From Calcarisporiella thermophila CBS 279.70 (taxonomy: Eukaryota > Fungi > Calcarisporiellomycota), in the NCBI RefSeq assembly GCF_041956535.1, contig NW_027192208.1, positions 506,492 to 570,491 on the forward strand: a stretch of DNA of 64,000 bases, written 5' to 3'. Below, one piece after another: positions 34,724-47,400 of the stretch (the first letter of the stretch is position 1; each line of letters opens with the position of its first letter). The notes beneath the pieces were generated by a model. That model saw nothing but the letters and a program-made list of their open reading frames with translations. It ran no database searches and was not told the DNA's origin. The position numbers and the translations under genes were made by a program.

Positions 34724-36937
34724 TTTAATTATGTAGCCCAAGTTGAAAAAAGATTTAGTGCAGTGTTGGATAAACTTAACGTTGTAACAAGATTGTTTTG
34801 CACTTAGGTCCTTAGCTCTGATGAATTAGCACATAATCCAGTGTCAGAGGTGATGTTATCACGTAACAAGGGATTAGTTTATACTAACGATATTACCTGT
34901 ATACAGCTGTTGGAGAGCCTTCTATCAATAAGTGGACTGCACACTTATCGAATTGTATAATTGTATAAGTCGCGTTAATTTGTTCGTTCGGTAGTGTAGA
35001 TTTCGGTAAAATCGTAAAATAGCGAGAGATATTGAGTTCATAAATAAATCATAATAAAATCAGGTAAAAAAGTACAATTTTATGTTTGTAGAGAGTAATC
35101 TTGATAAGGCCTTTGGAGACACTGCACCGAGATAAAAACTTGGGGTAATAACCTCACTGGAGTCAAAGCTCGACTTTATTGAGAGGAAATTCGTTTCCTT
35201 TTGAACGCTTTTCGGTGATATCCTGTAACAAACGTCAAACCATGGTATCATAATCTATGTTATTTTCTATCTATTGAAAACTATTACACCTATATAGCTG
35301 TTATAATTTTTGAAAACGGCTAAATAATGGTTGTATTTCATTGGGTAAACCGGATTACACGTGTTAAACATATACGGTATATATATATTGGATAGAGAAA
35401 AGAGAAGTCATTATAGAAAAAATATGTATGAGATGATAAGGACGACTTATCGTTACTAGCAGCAGAGCCAGCTGTCCATGGTGAAAAATAATTTGGGACC
35501 CTTAAATTCATCTGGCGTTAAATATTCACTTTGTCTGGTTTAGTTGCAGCACGCCCCATATTAGTGAGCTTCCCCCGCTTGGTGAAACATAAAAATCCAA
35601 TTTACTAACTGACAGATTAAAATGAAACCTGCGTGACTGCCGGTTTCAAGAAGCACGCGGCAGGCGTTGGAGCCACATGCTGCTTCAGCCTCCCCTCCCC
35701 TCCTCTCCCCCCACTCCCGCTTGTCTCAAAGCCCCTCCCCTTTGCGGTGCAGGGACGTGCTCGGAGATAGCCTGCCCTCACTTTCCGGGATTAGACTCAC
35801 GGTTTGCGCAGTGAGTAATGCGAGCAGCATTTTTGATGCGCTTGCCGGGCCGGATGATCTAATCGGGAACGAGCTGGATTGGTAAGCGGATGGGGCGGCC
35901 ATTTTCTCCATAGGCCTCATAACCATGAGCTGGAGTGGGATGCTCGAAGCCGAGAACTGTGCTTCGACAATCGCCCGGCTCTAAGAATTCAACGCTTAGG
36001 CCAACATCTCGACTCGGTCACCTGATGCCTTTGCCAAAAAACTCTCTCAGCGATGAAATTTGCCTCATCGTTTTTTTCGTTGACGTAACATTGAGGCCCG
36101 AGCAATCACCGCTTCAACCATTTATCCCGGGCCACGGGACTGGCTAACGACAGGGCCCACTGTGGGTTGAGCTGGAGCCATACGGAGTGAAACTTCCGCT
36201 CGAGGTCATGTGGGAGCGTCGGCGTTCGCTGAGTGCTGACCTTTTGGCCGAGCATCTGGAAAGGACGCGCCAGAGTGAACGCATAAGCTTCCGTAAGCAC
36301 GGTGGAGGGGTCTGAAGGAATCGAGAGGCCAATCGAGACGGAGGGAAGGCTGATAGGGCAAACTTTAGTCGATGCCTTCACCCGGACACCTTGCTTTTAT
36401 GGATTTGCTTTGTTATCCTCTCTACAGACCCTCGGTTGCATTTCATCTTAGAAACTTTGCGCTCAAAAGCAGAGCTTCCCACCGTCGGATGCCAATTTCA
36501 GCGGGCCAAGCGACCCTCATTATGGCGAGCGACGAGCCAAGAACAGAGGAAGATGCATACTTCGGGAGAGGCAAGGTTGACTCCTTAGCACTGGTGAGAA
36601 ATGCGGCTTGTTGTGGAATACACTCTTAGTTTTGCGTTCAGATGAATGGCTTGTTTGCTTTCTTGTTTTAATCCTATTTCCAGCAATTTGTGTAGAAGCC
36701 TCGTTCCTTTTTGATCATGCGAGTTGGGCTTTTCAGAGGACTCCATTTCTGCTCATCCCGAGCGGGACTGCTCGATCTGCAATTATTCTCTCACTTTTAA
36801 GGTTTCAATGGACCTGTCATAATTCACTGGAGATTAGACTTGCGTTTCTAGATATTTATTGTTTTTTTTTATTTGTTGGCTGGCGTGGTGGTTGCATTTC
36901 TTCAACTTCCCTTCCAATGTCATTGATGTTATGTCAG

Positions 36938-39144
36938 GGCTGCATCACCTCGACATAGACAATCACCCATCTAATGGAGCATTTGGCATCGGCGAGGCCC
37001 TATATATGGGGAGGAACAGCCTAGAGTCTGATATGTAAGTGCTCTCCCCCTTGTCTCATACTCAGGTCTCCGGTAACACGGCCTTTTCGTCACGTTTATT
37101 AGCCTTCGCATCCGCTTCCTCGGGATCCCGGAGCAAGGCGCTAAATCCCGGGTGGAAACGCAAATCAAATTAACGCTCCAATTGGCGCGAGCATGCGGCA
37201 ACTCGATGAAAGCCTGGCCATGGACCCATGTGCGGCTACCGGAACGAATGATGGCACGAAAAAAACATGCGGCGCGGCATATGACCCGGCAACGTATAAG
37301 ACTGCTCCTGGCTCTGTTATCCTTCCATTCCAACTAATGAGCTTGGCCTCAATAGGATTAGCTGGGCAAAAGCAGTCATGCTATGTTGAGGAGAAGAACA
37401 TTTTAAGACTTGAAGCCGCCCTCTTATGCGCGTGCGACCCATACCGCGTTGTCCTTGCGTGCCGGTCATGTGTTTACCGTGAGCGGCGCCGCGCCTATCG
37501 CGACACCCTTTTCAGAAGCACCCTTGGTGAAGACAAGGACGGAGGCGAAGAGCAGTTTGCACGGGACCGGCAGAGGGTGCTGCTTTTCACCAGCCCGGAG
37601 TTAGTGGAGCTCCAAGGGGGCGAGGTGAAGCTGGGGGTCCGGATGACGTGTTATTGCCGCCATCACGGAGAGAAGGTCGGGTTTATGTAGGCAGCATATT
37701 CATTTTGGCTTTGATGTGTGCTTGCTCACCCCCCCCCCCCACCCTCCTCTCTAGAATACACTTTCAGCTGCGTGACTCCCAAGGCCACCTTGTCGCGCAA
37801 GGCATCTCTCCCCCCATTCTCATCACCGATGACCACAAGCGGAAGCGCCGTGCGCTCATCGCTGGCCAGCATCTTCGTCGCGATATTACGTGCCTATCCA
37901 ACCCGATGAAGCCGATTAGCGCAAAGGAATTAAGCAGCCCATTGCAGAGTTCCAAGCAGGCTCAGATGCTGCCAATGCTGCACGAGAGGGTAGACCCGAC
38001 ACTCGCCGACGAAGCGAATACCACCAGACTGGAATCTGCCGTGTCCTCAGATAAAAGATTGGGCACTACTCTCCCTCCGACGGAGCCTCTGTCCCCGTCG
38101 GAATACTGCCCCCACTCGTTAAATCTCCTTCGGTCTCCTGCCAGCACCCTTCAAATTTACCCAAGTCCTACCGATCCCTTGCCGACGCTCCCTTTCTTCA
38201 CACCCCCCCCTCCGCTCCCCAGTATTTCCCGACTCGTTCCATCTGAAGGCACCGTTCTGGGCGGCACCCAGATCACCCTCCTTGGTTCGCACTTCCATCC
38301 ACAGCTGACTCCCCACTTCGGGGAAACCCCCGCGCTGGCCACTCTATTCTGGAACGAAACCACTATTATTTGTTTGGCGCCGCCCGCCGTCGTCCCCGGA
38401 CCCGTCCCCGTCACTTTCAAAGACATCCCCTCGTTGGGCGCGAGATCGGAGCAGAATGTCTACACGTATAAAGACGGCGCAGAAGAGCGAGAGCTCATGG
38501 AGCTGGCTCTACAGGTGATTGGGATGAAAATTGGAGGAAAGCTGGAAAGCGCGCATGTTGTGGCCAGGAGGATTATGCGTCGGATGCATGAGGTAGACTG
38601 GAGCTGTACCCATGGCTCTTCCGAGAGCTCAACCTGTGTCAGTGGATCCAATGTCGATTTAAGATTCTTGTTATACCATCTGTGCTTAATGAGTAGTGAG
38701 CTTACGGCTACCTGTGGCTTGAGAGCTGGGACCCTGGGTAGGACAACTAAGAGAATCGAGCATCCTACTGCAAGTCCAACCGATACCAGCTGCACTCTGC
38801 AACCTTCGAATAGGACAAAGTGTGGAAAATGGGTCAGGGCATGTGACTGGAAGGGGAGGAAGACAGAATGTATTTGCTACTGGATCTCCCTAGTTATTTC
38901 ACGCATTGTAAAACGGACAAAGTCGGAACAAGCTGGGCAGAGGGCCCAAGGAAGCTTGCCATCGACATCCAAAATAACTACAACAATAAATCCCGACGGG
39001 CCCACCCTCGCAAAACTAGCCAGCAGGTTGGCTTCCTCTTGCGACATACTATCAGCTAGATCCCTCATACGCCTCCTAGGGTCGATGGCAAGCATTGGCA
39101 CTTGTAATATTGTCAAAATCCTCATCGCCCCACTTTTGTCTTAA
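36938..39144 (+). CDS. Spt23/Mga2-like transcription factor with IPT/TIG domain (5' exons probably extend to ~35.7 kb, unresolved)
   Basis: 'GAKSRVETQIKLTLQL', 'CRSCVYRERRRA', 'RMTCYCRHHGEKVGF', 'SPPILITDDHK', IPT 'RLVPSEGTVLGGTQITLLGSHF', and 'ELMELALQVIGMK'. Confidence 0.8.
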
Positions 39145-40435
39145 ACTTACCGCGTAATTGTATCACCATCACTACTATTCTGTCGATACGACTATGCAAT
39201 ATCTATCTATTATATCTTCCATAAGCGCTCGGATATTCCACGTATATACACGCACATATATACATATATATACATATTCCTTCTGTTTATGTTTGCACTG
39301 CATTCCATTGTCGTGTGTACTATTATATGTGTTGAGTTGGACGATATTCCATATCTTCCCTGTGTCATTTCCTCTACCCCTCCATTATTAATGTGTACTG
39401 TTTTCATTCATGCTCGGTCCGTTGAAACCCACGCGGGGACTGTTAAAATGTAGCTTACCTCCCGTTTCCACTGGCATCGCGGAAATCAAGGCGCCATTCA
39501 ATTTATTTCCAAACAGAGCCGTCCCATAAATCAGAGCGCACACAATCGGATTTTCAAAAGAGAATCCGGGCCGAAAATTGGCTCCTCATTTCACAATCCC
39601 AGCACCTCTTTTTAAAAGGTCGTCTCTGGACGTTTCCAACCTATTAAAACAAAGCTAGACGGGATTAAGACACAGATGGTCGGGCACTATTGGAATCCCT
39701 TGGTCGCTTCTCTTCTAAACGACAGGTGATTCAACCTCTCGGCCAAACATATCGTTCCCGAACACAAATGCAAGGGTGATGGCAAGAAAGTTTAGGGAAG
39801 AATGCAGGATAGATCCCAAGTTTTTTGAAAGAAATCCAGGAGACTCTTGTCCTCTCTCTACTTGCGGATTATGAAAGGTTAACTAAAGTAGCATGAAGGC
39901 TGAAGGTGATTTCTCAGCCTTCTTCTCCCAAGATGAATCGTTTGGGCATTGTATTACCATTGCGACGTCGGAAATACATTGGCAAAATGAAAACTATGCT
40001 ACCATGTTCATTTCTCTTTGGTTCATAACTGTTGGACCTTTGGTTCTGTGAGGGCTGCATGAGTGGAATAGCCCACTTGCTTCTCTCATATTCTCTCTCC
40101 TCCTCATATATACAGGTTACCCTTCATACTGGGGTTTACTAGGCTCTTGTTCTATTGGTGTTGAAATCCTCAATATAACAGAAATATCTATGTAGAACCA
40201 AGGCCACATCCTGGCACGTGCGGTCACTCTTGAAGAGAGCCGTCAGTTTTTTTTTTGCCCATTCAGTGGGGGAAGACTGCTTATCCTTGCCCTCAATACC
40301 TCGAATTTCAGCGAACAGATGTATCTCTGTGGCGCGGGTTTCAAAGGTTCACATGCAATTTATTCAGAGACTGCAATATTTGCTGCCATGGGCACTATTT
40401 ATTAATTTATCTCGAAAGACCCACTTCTCATTGGT

Positions 40436-41785
40436 ATGGAAGAGGAGAGCAATTATCCGCAGAATACTAGTCCTGTCCGCCAAGGGTACTGATGCTCGCG
40501 ATTGTTTAACATCTCTAGGATGCTTATCTTTACAATCCAACATAAAACATAGGCACGAGCTGGATAAAGCTGCGCTCGAGGCTTATTTAAAGGAAAACGT
40601 GGGGGGCATTCAGGTGCCAATTCAAATCAGACAGTTCAAGCACGGTCAAAGTAATCCCACCTTCTTTATTGTAGACAGCAGGTACGTGTTCACATTGTTG
40701 TTTTTTTTTTTCTGCAGCCTCAGTGTATAGCTTGTCATCGTTAGTGGAAAAAAGTATGTCTTGCGTAAGAAACCCCCCGGTGCCATCATTTCCAAAACCG
40801 CCCATGCCGTAGAGCGGGAGTATCGCATTATCAAGGCCCTGGGTCCGACCGACGTGCCTGTACCCAAGGCGTACTGCCTCTGTGAGGATTCGGCCGTGAT
40901 TGGCACGCCTTTCTATATAATGGAGTTCTTAGAGGGGCGGATATTTACCGATACCACTCTCTCGTCTCTGCCGCGTGAGGAACGCGCAGCATACTGGAAT
41001 GCCACGGTGGATGTCCTTGCCAAGCTTCATCGGCAGGACTACCAGGCTCTGGGCCTTGGCGATTACGGTCGCCCGTCGGGATTCTATGAAAGACAGCTGC
41101 GGTCCCTGGGCAAGGTGTCTGCCTTGCAAGCACAGGTGAAAAAGGAGGACGGCTCCACGGTGGGGGAGATTCCCGGGCTGCAGGAGATGTTCGAGTGGTT
41201 CAAGCGGAATATGGTCAAGGATGAGGTGAGCATCGTGCATGGCGACTTCAAGGTGAGCTCCTTTCTACGGTTGCTAGCTTCGATTTCCCATCCCACCTCA
41301 CCCCATCCCCTCTCTCTTTTGCACAGTTGGACAATATTGTTTTCCACCTCACGGAGCCTCGCGTCATCGGCGTGTTGGACTGGGAGCTCTCCACCATTGG
41401 GCACCCGCTCTCGGACCTTGCGAACCACTGCATACATTACTATATGCCGTACCTCGAGGGCGCAGCCATCGTTGGCCTCAAGGGCTATCCTCACCCGCTC
41501 TACGTCCCGACCGTCGAGGAGGTCTTGGCCCGGTACTGCAGCCAGGTCCGCCGCCCCTATCCTATCTCCCGCTGGGAATTTTGCGTGGTGTTTGCCTTTT
41601 TCAGAATGTGCGTCATCACCCAAGGTATTGCAGCCCGAGTGGCGAGAAAACAGGCGAGCTCGGCCATGGCGACCAGCTTCGGCGACGTGTTCGTGATTTT
41701 GGCCCAGCTGGCGCATAAAATCATCGAGGAGAAGGGAGAATTGGATGATGCAGCGACATCGGCGAAGGAAAAGAGCAAATTATAG
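40436..41785 (+). CDS. Stand-alone APH-family phosphotransferase homologous to the ACAD10/ACAD11 kinase domain; C-terminal PTS1
   Basis: 'VRQG|HELD', 'QFKHGQSNPTF', 'VLRKKPPG...AHAVEREY', 'HGDFK|LDNIVFH' and 'VLDWELSTIGHPLSDLA'. The protein ends SKL*. Confidence 0.88.
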
Positions 41786-42351
41786 GGGGGAGGACCAAGG
41801 CTATTTGTGTATTTCTTGTAAAAGTCCGCTGGTGGATTTGATGTCCGAAGCAAACATTTGTGTAGGAGGGGATGATTCAGTATTTTAAAGCTTTATAAAG
41901 ATTTAAGAAAAGTGGAAGGGAGGATCAAGAGGAAAATAGGTAGTTAAGGGGAGAAAAGAGAAGAGACATCAAAAAGAGAAAGAGAAAAAGAAGAGAGTGG
42001 GCATTAAAAGACGAAACGAAGGAAAGGGGAAAAAGAATAAAAATCAAAAAGCAAAAAAGGAAGGGCCGATGAGAGTGAAAGCAAATCCATACTCAAGAGA
42101 AGAAAGCAAGGAGAGAGAGAAAAAATATAATAGATATTCAACATGTTTTCAGTCATGGCAAAGGATGAAAAAAAAAAGCTTGGAAAACACATAGAGGTCT
42201 TCTCTCCATTCTTCTCGCCTGCATAACACGCTAGCTTAAGGTAAAGAGACAAGCACTTCCTATGATTCAATTTTGATTTTCATTTACAATTTTCCGCCCT
42301 CACACTACATCCCGTATTTTGCCCAACCCCTCTTTCCTCTCCCTCATTCAT

Positions 42352-43441
42352 TTACTTGCGCTGTTTCTGAGCCAAGAAGTCGGAGAACTCCTGGTAAGGC
42401 GCCTTGGTGAGCGGCCACTCTTTCCAGAGGTCGGGCGTAAGGAAGCCATAGGTGTTTCCGATGGCGGCGAAGGTGGCCTTGACGAAGTTGCCCATGGTAC
42501 GGGTGGAGCCACGTGAGGTGGTGTAGCAGTCGGAGATACCAGCGAGCTGGAGCAACTTCTTGGGGGTGGGAGCGGCGACAATGCCAGTACCACGGGGAGC
42601 CGGGACAAGACGGCAAATGACGGAACCGCACTTACCGGTAACCTAAATGTCAGGGTAAAAAAGAAAGGTTAAAGCATTGGCACTGTGTTTAAGACACGGT
42701 AATGGCATTAACATACCTTGGCCGGAACGGTGTGGGGCTCACCCAATTTGGAACCCCAGTAGCCCCTCCTCACGGGGATGACGCTCAACTTGGCGAGGAT
42801 GATGGCACCGCGGATGGCAGTCGCGACTTCCTTGGAGCACTTGACACCCAAGCCGACATGCCCGTTGAAGTCACCAATGACGACGAAAGCCTTGAAGCGA
42901 GTACGCTGACCGGCACGGGTCTGCTTCTGCACAGGCATGATCTTCATCACCTCATCCTTAAGCTTGGGGAGGAAGAAGTCGACAATCTGGTACTCCTTGA
43001 TGGGGAGAGAGAAGAGGTAAATCTCCTCCATAGACTTGATCTTGCCGTCTTTGACGAGGCGGCCAAGCTTGGTCACGGGGACCCTAAAAACAATTGCTGC
43101 GTCAATCATCAAGCACATCCCGGAGGCATGGAGAAAATGACACTTACCACTCGCCTTTCTCATCACCATCACGACGGCCACGACCACGGCCACGACCACC
43201 GCGACCACGACCACGACCGCGATCACCGCCGCGACCACGTCCAAAACCACCACGTCCTAAGTCAATGTGAAAATAATTAGATCAAAATGGATATTGGTTC
43301 CTTCATCAGCGTTGCCCCTCCAAAGCAAAATGATCCGAATCGTTCCATGGGAAAGATGATCCACCTCTTGCCCGAAGAACGCCAGAGTGTAAAAATGTCA
43401 TAGAACTTACCACGAGATTCGGCCGTTGCAGAGTCAGCCAT
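42352..43441 (-). CDS. RPS2: 40S ribosomal protein S2 (uS5), 4 coding exons
   Basis: RG-repeat N-terminus, '[12 protein letters not shown]', '[19 protein letters not shown]' and '[10 protein letters not shown]'. Confidence 0.97.
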
Positions 43442-44401
43442 ATTCTGTGAGTCATGATGAGAAACCAATTAGCATCAAAGAAGCCGAGTGCAGAATAAGT
43501 TCATCCATGCATCCATCTATCGGGGATGGATTGATGGCGATACTCACGTATTCCTTTCCTTTCTTTGTTTTTATAACTAGTCTAAAGACAAAAAAAGGGG
43601 TTCTGTTCGAAACGATGGAAAGGAGGAAGGAGTAATCTCTTTAGGTGGCAGCTATTTTATTATTATTCCCCCTGTCTACCTCAGAGGATTTTAGCCTGCC
43701 CGCAACAAATCCCATTACGAGTTCTCGGCACAATTTCTGCAACTCCCGGGTTAATACAGGTCTGGGTGATAGCTATGGAGTCTTTGGAAAAAGGGACACG
43801 CAGGAGAGCATTGTTTGAGGATACTCAGGGTTTCCCTTCATTTGTATGGTGGAAAGAGCAGTTCAAAAACCTGTGGATCGTTTGATCAATTTTATAATTC
43901 CCATAGCATCATTCCGCTAGAATCGTTTCTGTTAACCATAGTTTTTGGGATGATTCTCTAAACTTTCAGAGTTGGCTGCTGACACCAACTCGCTGCACTT
44001 TTTTTAGGGCGAGAGCTATACATGATGCCATTTTTATCACTGCATTATGAGAACAATTTAGCTTACATCATCGCCATCCGGTTAAACTAAGAAAAGTATT
44101 ATTGAAAATGTTTCAATTCTGCTCTTACTGGAACCAGCTATTTATTTTTTTTTAAAAAAAAAAGGTGGTTTCAGTGGATGTGGTTAATGATAGTCTACTG
44201 TCTGAAGACTCTTGTATGGTTGAACAATACGACTGAGCTAAAAAAAAGCTGCTAGCTGAAAATATCTCATTATGGATGATAGGCCGTGAAGTATTATATT
44301 AGTTTTTATTTTATGTTAAAGGGTCTTATTAGTCGCGCAAAATAGACAGCGGGTATCTATATAAGATAGTTTTCGTTTTTTTTTTCTTTCTTTCTTTTGA
44401 A

Positions 44402-47400
44402 TTACTTTACACGCAAGAATCCTCGGACGTTCATCAAGAACTTGGTCAGGCGCTCTCTAAAACCGGCGGACAATCCCGTCAGCACGGCACTTCTTGCTCT
44501 TCTCGTCTCAATGGCATTGTTTCCTTGCACAGACACTCCCATTTGCTCTTCGGAAGGCATATCTTCTGTCAAGTGCCTGAAGGCGTCGGCGAGGCGTCCT
44601 TGGAACTCGTGCGTCTTCTGCTGCACAATGAGGTGCTGTGCCAAGTGTGCAAACCGCTCACGCCGAGCAAGAATCAGGGCAAGGAGCGCGTCAGCAGCAG
44701 GCTGAATAAGCACGCTGTCCAAGTCCTTGAAGAGAAGCAGATTCATCACTTCCTGTAAGAGGATATCCAGAGGCTCCTCGAGCGATATCCCGGAAGGCAC
44801 CCCGCCTATTTGCATGCTAAAGAGCGCCAAAGGCCCAATCGCCCTGAAGGTCAACCGAGCAACATCGGTGATGGCGTGATCGATGCCGAATTTGAGCGAT
44901 TCGAAGATGTTCGAGAAGAGGGCAGGTGGAAGCTGCACCAATTTTTCCGGGTACAGCTCAACCAAGGTCGATATCAGCTGGATGAAGCGCGAGCAAATGT
45001 GCGGTTGCTTGAGGATTTCGAGATTGATATGAGGGATGATGACGTTGGCACCATGGAAGGTGACTTCTGCAAGGGTGGGACCAGCGGAGGCAGGCTCAAG
45101 ATTCCTTCCTAAAATGGTAGCCGGTGAGTAGGAGTCGGCAGGGATACTTCGGATCCCAATCAAACCTTCAAACTCGGAAGCCAGGGCCCCGTTGAGCATA
45201 TCCAGAATCGCGCAGATGTCCGCGTAGGGCTCGTCCATCTCTTCTTCAAACGTGTGCGACCGACTCCGTCCTAGGGAGGAGGGGGAGCAAAAGGCATGAG
45301 GCTCCTCATAGACATTCAAAAGTAGACGAAGAGATAAGTTTACCGGCATTTGCTGCAGCATATGCGCTTAAAACTCCCATTACCGCCTCCCAAACCTGTC
45401 TTACTCTCTCGGCCCCAAGAGCCTCCACATCCATATATTGCACGTAGTCTCTAAAGAAACCTAGCACGAGCAGCTGCATTTCTGATCTCGTTTCATATAC
45501 CGAGATAAGCTTGATGAAACTCTCGAAGAAACGGACACAAAAGTGGAAGATGACCTCGTGACTGTTTGCGCGGGCGGATGCGGATGCGAGGGCCAGGCCA
45601 TCAAACATTTCAAGTGCACTCATCAAATTGGACATAACATCAGGTGATTGATATGCTTGTAGGAAGTCAGGTCGTTGGAGGACCGAGGCGATGTATTTCT
45701 GGGTGAATAGAGAATAGAAAAATTGAATGTTGCTGACTTTCTAGTTAAGATTTTTTGGTCAAAATACCTCGATGGTGCATGTAGTCATGTTAAAGTAGCG
45801 GTGGGCATCAGGCGAGGAATCAGATATAGCAAAGGTGACAATAGATTGGATCAACGAACTATTAATAAAGACAGGGGTACTTAGAAACAGTGCAAAGACG
45901 GGGGACATGGCTGAAGATTACTTGTGGATGACTTCTGGGAGTTGCTCGAGGTGCTGGGTGAAATATTCGATAAGGTCGTGGAACTTTGCTAGAAATGCAA
46001 TGTTAGATCAGCAAAACGTAGGTTATCCAAGGCCGTTACCCGAACATACCACAGTGTAATACAGCACTACGAAGATCAGATAATTTAGCAAATGTGCTTA
46101 GCATGTGTACGATCTAACGGGTGGTAAAACAATTGAGTTCTTAACAAGTGCAAAAAATAAAAAAAGGTAAACCAACCTGTTTTAGTGTTTCTGGTTCTGC
46201 GCTCCATAGGATTAAGTTGCCCTTCACGTTCCCCAACAAAAAGTCAACTACAGCTGCACCCTCGCGTTCCGTCGAGGTAATTGAAGATTTTCCAAACGCT
46301 CGTGCGATGTTAGGACTAAGATTCAAGAATTGAGAGTATATCAATAATAAAAAAAGGAAAAATCGAAGAGCTAAAATGAAATACCTAATAAATTTATAAT
46401 TCGACTCGCTGATTAACAAATAGGTTTGGCCCCATCTTTCTAAAAACCAGAAGAGGGTCTCGGACACCTGAGGACTGCAATAAGCAGCCTAACACCAGCC
46501 AGTTAAACACCCACCATTTTTCGAATGGAATAAAAATCCTTACCTCAATCTTATTAGCATCCAGGGTGACCGCATCGAGCAGGTGTAATATCAATTTTGG
46601 AATCTGTACCACGAGATCCTGAGATGGATCAATGTTAGACTACAGCATAGGTCAAGAAGGTGTGTTAATATGCTGTATCATGCTAGAGGATTGGGAAGAA
46701 TATATAACCATTCGTGCCGACAGCTCCATTAGAGTTTCTGGGACAAGTGGCTTCTCCCCTTCTCCTGCGTCTGCCAGAACATGCCCCGCTATTAGAATAA
46801 GCCAATGGATGTGCTCGTGGATATAGTAAAAATCTCTTCCTACAGTGATCATGATATTATGGCTTTGCAGATTGCAACCTTTGTTCGCTGAGGAGACTTA
46901 CCTGCGTCCTCCCTTCCGGCCTCTTTCAAACCATTGATAAATAAACCAATTCGCTCCTGCAGCAGCCCATAGAGATGCTGCAATGCTTTCTCAGGCACCA
47001 TGCGAGCTAATATTGCAATTCCCAACAGCTGGTCCCCATACGTTTCCTAGAGCAGCAATGAGATGAATGGATTTGCACCATTGCCATTATTGACAATCAA
47101 AATGCTGAATACAGATTGATGCTTACAACATCCTTGTAACCGCCCTGATTTCCAGATTCATCTTCTTCATCATCTGCAAAAAGCTTGGCACGTTCAAGAC
47201 GTGTATCAACGTAAACAACGAAAACATGAAGGGCAATGTTCCAGAGGAGGTGCGCGAAATGATTGATCTCTGGGCTGCTGGTAGCGGGATTCATGACTTG
47301 ATCCACTAAGGCAAAGGAAAAAATTCTCGGTAAACCAAGGGTTAACGAAAAAAACATGGACCGGGACATATACCAAGCTTAACCCACGTTTCCAGTAATT

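Noticed and set aside
23655-41785. Possible lipid gene cluster (ACBD, CSR1, Mga2-like, ACAD-type kinase)
   Set aside because: Interrupted by unrelated genes and the TE island; no shared motif seen, so probably coincidence.
43160-43257. (CGTGGT/CGTGGC)n repeat giving His/Asp-rich or Val-rich ORFs
   Set aside because: It is the ordinary RG-repeat N-terminus of RPS2 read in other frames.
44165-44240. Possible C/D-box snoRNA (CTGA motifs, 'TGAACAAT' resembling an LSU guide)
   Set aside because: No convincing box C and the complementarity is too short; an Infernal/snoscan search would be needed.
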